Assembly (NCBI RefSeq): GCF_009914755.1
Contig: NC_060928.1
DNA length: 64,000 nt
Direction: 5' to 3' (one strand)
Origin: the human T2T-CHM13v2.0 reference genome, Homo sapiens
The position numbers and the translations under genes are program-made. Positions within the stretch are counted from its first letter, which is position 1, and each line of letters opens with the position of its first letter. Positions 54,026-64,000 of this stretch are shown piece after piece. The notes under the pieces were generated by a model, which was given only the letters and a program-made list of their open reading frames with translations, did not search any database and was not told the origin of the DNA.

Positions 54026-57000
54026 CATTCTCAGAAACTTGTTTGTGATGTGTGTATTCAACTAACAGAGTTGAACTTTTGTTTTTACAGAGCCGTTTTA
54101 AAACACTCTTTTTGTGGAATCAGAAAGTGGATATTCGGATGGCTCTGAGGATTTCGTTGGAAGCGGGATTACATATAAAATCTAGAGAGAAGCATTCTCA
54201 GGAACTTCTTTGTGATGTTTGCATTGAAGTCACAGAATTGAACATTCACTTTGATAGAGCAGGTTTGAAACACTCATTCTGTAGTATCTGGAAGTGGACA
54301 TTTCAAGCGCTTTCAGGCCTATGGTGAGAAAGGAAATATCTTCGAATAAAAACTAGACAGAAGCATCCTCAGAAACTTATTTGTGATGTGTGTCCTCAAC
54401 TAACAGAGTTGAAACTTTGTTTTGATACAGCATTTTGGAAACACTCTTTTTGTAGAATCTGCAGGTGGATATTTGGATAGCTTAGAGGGATTCGTTGGAA
54501 AGGGGATATCTTCATATAAAATCTAGACAGAAGCATTCTCAGAAACTTATTTGTGATGTGTGTCCTCAACTAACAGAGTTGAACCTTGGTTTTGATACAG
54601 CATTTTGGAAACACTCCTTTTGTAGAATCTGCAGGTGGATATGAGGATAGCTCTGAAGATTTCGTTGGAAACGGGAATTTCTTCATATAAAATCAAACAG
54701 AAGCATTCTCAGAAACTTCTCAGTGATGTTTGCATTCAGCTCATGGAGTTGAACACTTCCTTTCATAGAGCCGGTTTGAAACACTCTTTCTGCACTACCT
54801 GGAAGAGGCCATTTCGAGCGCTTTGAGTCCTATGGTGAAAAAGGAAATATCTTCTCATAAAAACCAGAAAGAAGCATTCTCAGAATCTTCTTTGTGTTGT
54901 GTGTACTCATGTAACAGTGTTGAACCATCCTTTTGACAGAGCAGTTTTGAAACACTCTTTTTGTAGAATCTGCAAGTGGATATTTGGATAGCTTTGAGGA
55001 TTTCGTTGGAAACGGGATGACATATAATATCTAGAGAGAAGCATACTCAGGAACTTCTTTGTGATGTTTGCATTCAAGTCACAGAATTGAACATTCCCTT
55101 TCATAGAGCAGGTTTGAAACACTCTTTCTCTAGTATCTGGAAGTGGGCATTTCAAGCGCTTTCAGGCCTATGGAGAGAAAGGAAATACCTTCAAATAAAA
55201 ACTAGACAGAAGCATTCTCAGAAACTTATTTGTGATGTGTGTCCTCAACTAACAGAGTTGAACCTTTGTTTTGATACAGCATTTTGGAAACACTCCTTTT
55301 GTAGAATCTGCAGGTGGATATTTGGATAACTTTGAAGATTTCGTTGGAAACCGGAATATCTTCATATAAAATCAAGACAGAAGCATTCTCGGAAACATCT
55401 CTGTGATGTTTGCATTCAACTCAGTAGAGTTGAACACTTCCTTTCATAGAGCAGGTTTGAAACACTCTTTCTGCACTACCTGGAAGCGGACATTTCGAGC
55501 GCTTTGAGGCCTATGGTGAAAAAGGAAATATCTTCTCATAAAAACCAGAAAGAAGCATTCTCAGAAACTTCTTTGTGTTGTGTGTACTCAAGTAACAGTG
55601 TTGAACCTTCCTTTTGACACAGCAGTTTTGAAACACTCTTTTGGTAGAATCTGCAAGTGGATATTTGGATAGCTTTGAGGATTTCGTTGGAAACGGGTTA
55701 TCTTCATATAAAATCCAGACAGGAGCATTCTCAGAAACTTCTTTGTGCTGCATGTCCTCAATTCACAGAGCTGAACCTTTGTTTGGATACAGCATTTTGG
55801 AAACATTCCTTTAGTAGAATCTGCAAGTTGATATTTAGATAGCTTTGAAGATTTCGTTGGAAACGGGAATATCTTCATAGAAAATCTAGACGGAAGCATT
55901 CTCAGAAACTGCTTTGTGATGTTTGCATTCAAGTCACAGAGTTGAATATTCCCTTTTATAGAGTAGGTTTGAAACACTCTTTCGGCACTACCTGGAAGTG
56001 GATATTTCGAGCTCTTTGAGGCCTATGGTTAAAAGGAAATATCTTCCCATAAAAACTAGACAGAAGCCGTCTCAGAAACTTGTTTGTGATGTGTGTATTC
56101 AACTACCAGAGTTGAACATTTCTGTTACAGAGCAATTTTAAAACACTCTTTTTGTGGAATCTGAAAGTGGATAATTGGATAGCTTTGTGGATTTCGTTGG
56201 AAACGGGATGACGTATAAAATCTAGAGAGAAGCATTCTCAGGAACTTCTTTCTGATGTTTGCATTCAAGTCACAGAATTGAACATTCCTTTTCATAGTGC
56301 AGGTTTGAAACACTCTTTCTGTAGTATCTGGAAGTGGACATTTCAAGCGCTTTCAGGCCTACGGGGAGAAAGGAAATATCTTCAAATAAAAACTAGACAG
56401 AAGGATTCTCAGAAACTTATTTGTGATGTGTGTCCTAAACGAACACAGTTGAACCTTTGTTTTGATACAGCATTTTGGAAACACTCCTTTTGTAGGATCT
56501 GCAGGTGGATATTTGGATAGATTTTAAGATTTCGTTGGAAACGGGAGTTTCTTCATAGAAACTCAAGACAGATGCATTCTCAGAAACATCTCTGTGATGT
56601 TTGCATTCCACTCATAGAGTTGAAAACTTCCTTTCATAGAGCAGGTTTGAAACACTCTTTTTGTAATATTTGGAAGTGGACATTTGCAGCGCTTTGAGGC
56701 CTATGGTGAAAAAGGAAATATCTTCTCATAAAAACCAGAAACAAGCATTCTCAGAAACTTCTTTTTGATGTGTGTACTCAAGTAACAGAGTTGAACCTTC
56801 CTTTTGACACAGCAGTTTTGAAACAATCTTTTTGTAGAATCTGCAAGTGGATATTTGGATAGCTTTGAGGATTTCGTTGGAAACGGGATATCTTCATATA
56901 AAATCTAGACAGAAGCTTTCTCAGAAACTTCTTTGTGCTGTATGTCCTCAATTAACAGAGTTGAACCATTGCTTGGATACAGCATTTTGGAAACATTCCT

Positions 57001-60000
57001 TGAGTAGAATCTGCAAGTTGATATTTAGATAGATTTGAAGATTTCGTTGGAAAAGGGAATATCTCCATATAAAATCTAGACGGAAGCATTCTCAGAAACT
57101 GCTTTGTGATGTTTCCATTCAAGTCACAGAGTTGAATATTCCCTTTTATAGAGCACGTTTGAAACACTCTTTCTGCACTATCTGGAAGTGGACATTTCGA
57201 GCGCTTTGAGGCCTATGGTGAAAAAGGAAATATCTTCCCATAAAAACTAGACAGAAGCATTCTCAGAAACTTGTTTGTGATGTGTGTATTCAACTAACAG
57301 AGTTGAACTTTTGTTTTTACAGAGCCGTTTTAAAACACTCTTTTTGTGGAATCAGAAAGTGGATATTCGGATGGCTCTGAGGATTTCGTTGGAAGCGGGA
57401 TTACATATAAAATCTAGAGAGAAGCATTCTCAGGAACTTCTTTGTGATGTTTGCATTGAAGTCACAGAATTGAACATTCACTTTGATAGAGCAGGTTTGA
57501 AACACTCATTCTGTAGTATCTGGAAGTGGACATTTCAAGCGCTTTCAGGCCTATGGTGAGAAAGGAAATATCTTCGAATAAAAACTAGACAGAAGCATCC
57601 TCAGAAACTTATTTGTGATGTGTGTCCTCAACTAACAGAGTTGAAACTTTGTTTTGATACAGCATTTTGGAAACACTCTTTTTGTAGAATCTGCAGGTGG
57701 ATATTTGGATAGCTTAGAGGGATTCGTTGGAAAGGGGATATCTTCATATAAAATCTAGACAGAAGCATTCTCAGAAACTTATTTGTGATGTGTGTCCTCA
57801 ACTAACAGAGTTGAACCTTGGTTTTGATACAGCATTTTGGAAACGCTCCTTTTGTAGAATCTGCAGGTGGATATGTGGATAGCTCTGAAGATTTCGTTGG
57901 AAACGGGAATTTCTTCATATAAAATCAAACAGAAGCATTCTCAGAAACTTCTCAGTGATGTTTGCATTCAGCTCATGGAGTTGAACACTTCCTTTCATAG
58001 AGCCGGTTTGAAACACTCTTTCTGCACTACCTGGAAGAGGACATTTCGAGCGCTTTGAGTCCTATGGTGAAAAAGGAAATATCTTCTCATAAAAACCAGA
58101 AAGAAGCATTCTCAGAAACTTCTTTGTGTTGTGTGTACTCATGTAACAGTGTTGAACCATCCTTTTGACAGAGCAGTTTTGAAACACTCTTTTTGTAGAA
58201 TCTGCAAGTGGATATTTGGATAGCTTTGAGGATTTCGTTGGAAACGGGATGACATATAATATCTAGAGAGAAGCATTCTCAGGAACTTCTTTGTGATGTT
58301 TGCATTCAAGTCACAGAATTGAACATTCCCTTTCATAGAGCAGGTTTGAAACACTCTTTCTCTAGTATCTGGAAGTGGGCATTTCAAGCGCTTTCAGGCC
58401 TATGGAGAGAAAGGAAATACCTTCAAATAAAAACTAGACAGAAGCATTCTCAGAAACTTATTTGTGATGTGTGTCCTCAACTAACAGAGTTGAACCTTTG
58501 TTTTGATACAGCATTTTGGAAACACTCCTTTTGTAGAATCTGCAGGTGGATATTTGGATAACTTTGAAGATTTCGTTGGAAACCGGAATATCTTCATATA
58601 AAATCAAGACAGAAGCATTCTCGGAAACATCTCTGTGATGTTTGCATTCAACTCAGTAGAGTTGAACACTTCCTTTCATAGAGCCGGTTTGAAACACTCT
58701 TTCTGCACTACCTGGAAGCGGACATTTCGAGCGCTTTGAGGCCTATGGTGAAAAAGGAAATATCTTCTCATAAAAACCAGAAAGAAGCATTCTCAGAAAC
58801 TTCTTTGTGTTGTGTGTACTCAAGTAACAGTGTTGAACCTTCCTTTTGACACAGCAGTTTTGAAACACTCTTTTGGTAGAATCTGCAAGTGGATATTTGG
58901 ATAGCTTTGAGGATTTCGTTGGAAACGGGTTATCTTCATATAAAATCCAGACAGGAGCATTCTCAGAAACTTCTTTGTGCTGCATGTCCTCAATTCACAG
59001 AGCTGAACCTTTGTTTGGATACAGCATTTTGGAAACATTCCTTTAGTAGAATCTGCAAGTTGATATTTAGATAGCTTTGAAGATTTCGTTGGAAACGGGA
59101 ATATCTTCATAGAAAATCTAGACGGAAGCATTCTCAGAAACTGCTTTGTGATGTTTGCATTCAAGTCACAGAGTTGAATATTCCCTTTTATAGAGTAGGT
59201 TTGAAACACTCTTTCGGCACTACCTGGAAGTGGATATTTCGAGCTCTTTGAGGCCTATGGTTAAAAGGAAATATCTTCCCATAAAAACTAGACAGAAGCC
59301 GTCTCAGAAACTTGTTTGTGATGTGTGTATTCAACTACCAGAGTTGAACATTTCTGTTACAGAGCAATTTTAAAACACTCTTTTTGTGGAATCTGAAAGT
59401 GGATAATTGGATAGCTTTGTGGATTTCGTTGGAAACGGGATGACGTATAAAATCTAGAGAGAAGCATTCTCAGGAACTTCTTTCTGATGTTTGCATTCAA
59501 GTCACAGAATTGAACATTCCTTTTCATAGTGCAGGTTTGAAACACTCTTTCTGTAGTATCTGGAAGTGGACATTTCAAGCGCTTTCAGGCCTACGGGGAG
59601 AAAGGAAATATCTTCAAATAAAAACTAGACAGAAGGATTCTCAGAAACTTATTTGTGATGTGTGTCCTAAACGAACACAGTTGAACCTTTGTTTAGATAC
59701 AGCATTTTGGAAACACTCCTTTTGTAGGATCTGCAGGTGGATATTTGGATAGATTTTAAGATTTCGTTGGAAACGGGAGTTTCTTCATAGAAACTCAAGA
59801 CAGATGCATTCTCAGAAACATCTCTGTGATGTTTGCATTCCACTCATAGAGTTGAAAACTTCCTTTCATAGAGCAGGTTTGAAACACTCTTTTTGTAATA
59901 TTTGGAAGTGGACATTTGCAGCGCTTTGAGGCCTATGGTGAAAAAGGAAATATCTTCTCATAAAAACCAGAAACAAGCATTCTCAGAAACTTCTTTTTGA

Positions 60001-63000
60001 TGTGTGTACTCAAGTAACAGAGTTGAACCTTCCTTTTGACACAGCAGTTTTGAAACAATCTTTTTGTAGAATCTGCAAGTGGATATTTGGATAGCTTTGA
60101 GGATTTCGTTGGAAACGGGATATCTTCATATAAAATCTAGACAGAAGCATTCTCAGAAACTTCTTTGTGCTGTATGTCCTCAATTAACAGAGTTGAACCA
60201 TTGCTTGGATACAGCATTTTGGAAACATTCCTTGAGTAGAATCTGCAAGTTGATATTTAGATAGATTTGAAGATTTCGTTGGAAAAGGGAATATCTCCAT
60301 ATAAAATCTAGAGGGAAGCATTCTCAGAAACTGCTTTGTGATGTTTCCATTCAAGTCACAGAGTTGAATATTCCCTTTTATAGAGCACGTTTGAAACACT
60401 CTTTCTGCACTATCTGGAAGTGGACATTTCGAGCGCTTTGAGGCCTATGGTGAAAAAGGAAATATCTTCCCATAAAAACTAGACAGAAGCATTCTCAGAA
60501 ACTTGTTTGTGATGTGTGTATTCAACTAACAGAGTTGAACTTTTGTTTTTACAGAGCCGTTTTAAAACACTCTTTTTGTGGAATCAGAAAGTGGATATTC
60601 GGATGGCTCTGAGGATTTCGTTGGAAGCGGGATTACGTATAAAATCTAGAGAGAAGCATTCTCAGGAACTTCTTTGTGATGTTTGCATTGAAGTCACAGA
60701 ATTGAACATTCACTTTGATAGAGCAGGTTTGAAACACTCATTCTGTAGTATCTGGAAGTGGACATTTCAAGCGCTTTCAGGCCTATGGTGAGAAAGGAAA
60801 TATCTTCGAATAAAAACTAGACAGAAGCATCCTCAGAAACTTATTTGTGATGTGTGTCCTCAACTAACAGAGTTGAAACTTTGTTTTGATACAGCATTTT
60901 GGAAACACTCTTTTTGTAGAATCTGCAGGTGGATATTTGGATAGCTTAGAGGGATTCGTTGGAAAGGGGATATCTTCATATAAAATCTAGACAGAAGCAT
61001 TCTCAGAAACTTATTTGTGATGTGTGTCCTCAACTAACAGAGTTGAACCTTGGTTTTGATACAGCATTTTGGAAACGCTCCTTTTGTAGAATCTGCAGGT
61101 GGATATGTGGATAGCTCTGAAGATTTCGTTGGAAACGGGAATTTCTTCATATAAAATCAAACAGAAGCATTCTCAGAAACTTCTCAGTGATGTTTGCATT
61201 CAGCTCATGGAGTTGAACACTTCCTTTCATAGAGCCGGTTTGAAACACTCTTTCTGCACTACCTGGAAGAGGACATTTCGAGCGCTTTGAGTCCTATGGT
61301 GAAAAAGGAAATATCTTCTCATAAAAACCAGAAAGAAGCATTCTCAGAAACTTCTTTGTGTTGTGTGTACTCATGTAACAGTGTTGAACCATCCTTTTGA
61401 CAGAGCAGTTTTGAAACACTCTTTTTGTAGAATCTGCAAGTGGATATTTGGATAGCTTTGAGGATTTCGTTGGAAACGGGATGACATATAATATCTAGAG
61501 AGAAGCATTCTCAGGAACTTCTTTGTGATGTTTGCATTCAAGTCACAGAATTGAACATTCCCTTTCATAGAGCAGGTTTGAAACACTCTTTCTCTAGTAT
61601 CTGGAAGTGGGCATTTCAAGCGCTTTCAGGCCTATGGAGAGAAAGGAAATACCTTCAAATAAAAACTAGACAGAAGCATTCTCAGAAACTTATTTGTGAT
61701 GTGTGTCCTCAACTAACAGAGTTGAACCTTTGTTTTGATACAGCATTTTGGAAACACTCCTTTTGTAGAATCTGCAGGTGGATATTTGGATAACTTTGAA
61801 GATTTCGTTGGAAACCGGAATATCTTCATATAAAATCAAGACAGAAGCATTCTCGGAAACATCTCTGTGATGTTTGCATTCAACTCAGTAGAGTTGAACA
61901 CTTCCTTTCATAGAGCCGGTTTGAAACACTCTTTCTGCACTACCTGGAAGCGGACATTTCGAGCGCTTTGAGGCCTATGGTGAAAAAGGAAATATCTTCT
62001 CATAAAAACCAGAAAGAAGCATTCTCAGAAACTTCTTTGTGTTGTGTGTACTCAAGTAACAGTGTTGAACCTTCCTTTTGACACAGCAGTTTTGAAACAC
62101 TCTTTTGGTAGAATCTGCAAGTGGATATTTGGATAGCTTTGAGGATTTCGTTGGAAACGGGTTATCTTCATATAAAATCCAGACAGGAGCATTCTCAGAA
62201 ACTTCTTTGTGCTGCATGTCCTCAATTCACAGAGCTGAACCTTTGTTTGGATACAGCATTTTGGAAACATTCCTTTAGTAGAATCTGCAAGTTGATATTT
62301 AGATAGCTTTGAAGATTTCGTTGGAAACGGGAATATCTTCATAGAAAATCTAGACGGAAGCATTCTCAGAAACTGCTTTGTGATGTTTGCATTCAAGTCA
62401 CAGAGTTGAATATTCCCTTTTATAGAGTAGGTTTGAAACACTCTTTCGGCACTACCTGGAAGTGGATATTTCGAGCTCTTTGAGGCCTATGGTTAAAAGG
62501 AAATATCTTCCCATAAAAACTAGACAGAAGCCGTCTCAGAAACTTGTTTGTGATGTGTGTATTCAACTACCAGAGTTGAACATTTCTGTTACAGAGCAAT
62601 TTTAAAACACTCTTTTTGTGGAATCTGAAAGTGGATAATTGGATAGCTTTGTGGATTTCGTTGGAAACGGGATGACGTATAAAATCTAGAGAGAAGCATT
62701 CTCAGGAACTTCTTTCTGATGTTTGCATTCAAGTCACAGAATTGAACATTCCTTTTCATAGTGCAGGTTTGAAACACTCTTTCTGTAGTATCTGGAAGTG
62801 GACATTTCAAGCGCTTTCAGGCCTACGGGGAGAAAGGAAATATCTTCAAATAAAAACTAGACAGAAGGATTCTCAGAAACTTATTTGTGATGTGTGTCCT
62901 AAACGAACACAGTTGAACCTTTGTTTAGATACAGCATTTTGGAAACACTCCTTTTGTAGGATCTGCAGGTGGATATTTGGATAGATTTTAAGATTTCGTT

Positions 63001-64000
63001 GGAAACGGGAGTTTCTTCATAGAAACTCAAGACAGATGCATTCTCAGAAACATCTCTGTGATGTTTGCATTCCACTCATAGAGTTGAAAACTTCCTTTCA
63101 TAGAGCAGGTTTGAAACACTCTTTTTGTAATATTTGGAAGTGGACATTTGCAGCGCTTTGAGGCCTATGGTGAAAAAGGAAATATCTTCTCATAAAAACC
63201 AGAAACAAGCATTCTCAGAAACTTCTTTTTGATGTGTGTACTCAAGTAACAGAGTTGAACCTTCCTTTTGACACAGCAGTTTTGAAACAATCTTTTTGTA
63301 GAATCTGCAAGTGGATATTTGGATAGCTTTGAGGATTTCGTTGGAAACGGGATATCTTCATATAAAATCTAGACAGAAGCATTCTCAGAAACTTCTTTGT
63401 GCTGTATGTCCTCAATTAACAGAGTTGAACCATTGCTTGGATACAGCATTTTGGAAACATTCCTTGAGTAGAATCTGCAAGTTGATATTTAGATAGATTT
63501 GAAGATTTCGTTGGAAAAGGGAATATCTCCATATAAAATCTAGAGGGAAGCATTCTCAGAAACTGCTTTGTGATGTTTCCATTCAAGTCACAGAGTTGAA
63601 TATTCCCTTTTATAGAGCACGTTTGAAACACTCTTTCTGCACTATCTGGAAGTGGACATTTCGAGCGCTTTGAGGCCTATGGTGAAAAAGGAAATATCTT
63701 CCCATAAAAACTAGACAGAAGCATTCTCAGAAACTTGTTTGTGATGTGTGTATTCAACTAACAGAGTTGAACTTTTGTTTTTACAGAGCCGTTTTAAAAC
63801 ACTCTTTTTGTGGAATCAGAAAGTGGATATTCGGATGGCTCTGAGGATTTCGTTGGAAGCGGGATTACGTATAAAATCTAGAGAGAAGCATTCTCAGGAA
63901 CTTCTTTGTGATGTTTGCATTGAAGTCACAGAATTGAACATTCACTTTGATAGAGCAGGTTTGAAACACTCATTCTGTAGTATCTGGAAGTGGACATTTC
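54026..64000 (+). repeat. Three 19-mer HORs (H16-H18) plus the start of another unit at 63722
   Basis: Starts at 54026, 57258, 60490 and 63722, with 3,232-bp spacing. Confidence 0.94.

Larger units (their letters stand above)
1..64000 (+). repeat. D4Z1: Alpha-satellite (alphoid) centromeric HOR array, 19-mer/3,232 bp, most likely human chr4 D4Z1 (S2C4H1L, SF2)
   Basis: Continuous 166-172-bp monomers beginning CATTCTCAGAAACT..., carrying CENP-B boxes (TTTCGTTGGAAACGGGA) or A-type (pJalpha-position) GGTGAAAAAGGAAATATCTT segments. Identical ORF-track entries recur every 3,232 bp (318, 3550, 6782...). Alpha-satellite identity is essentially certain. The chr4 assignment rests on recalled knowledge that D4Z1 is a ~3.2-kb 19-mer. 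Confidence 0.9.

Noticed and set aside
318-63631. About 200 short ORFs (61-129 aa) on both strands recurring with the HOR period
   Set aside because: They are chance open frames in satellite DNA. Many begin at GTG/TTG, they overlap on opposite strands, their internal repeats follow the 171-bp monomer, and they resemble no protein family I recognise. Database proteins like these are typically spurious alphoid translations.
1-64000. CRISPR-like or other prokaryotic repeat-spacer system
   Set aside because: The sequence between conserved motifs is itself homologous repeat rather than unique spacers, and there are no cas or other genes.
1-64000. Transposon (L1/Alu) insertion, inversion or non-alphoid island
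   Set aside because: All unit lengths are accounted for by whole monomers (3,232/3,231, 1,017, 1,187 bp). CENP-B boxes stay on the + strand throughout, and there are no poly-A tails or target-site duplications.

Overview
The whole 64 kb window is primate (almost certainly human) centromeric alpha-satellite DNA. It contains about 376 head-to-tail ~171-bp monomers, all in one orientation, organised as a very homogeneous 3,232-bp 19-monomer higher-order repeat (HOR). The period and monomer style best match the live chromosome 4 array D4Z1 (S2C4H1L, suprachromosomal family 2); this assignment is from recall, not a search. Monomers are numbered here m1-m19 from position 292 (my own numbering). Layout: 11 canonical 19-mers (292-35843), then a variant zone 6-19-6-7-19-19-6-19-6 (35844-54025), then 3 more 19-mers and a partial unit. 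I see no genes, RNA genes, transposon insertions, inversions or CRISPR arrays, and every ORF in the track is a repeat artefact. The points of interest concern array structure and evolution: a 6-mer variant with a fused monomer that restores strict alternation of intact CENP-B boxes, a SNP-linked 19+6 (25-mer) unit, a mosaic 7-mer junction, a ~12.9-kb (76-monomer) super-periodicity, a short inter-monomer conversion tract, and an ancestral 7-mer inside the 19-mer. I found no evidence of a new gene-encoded system.
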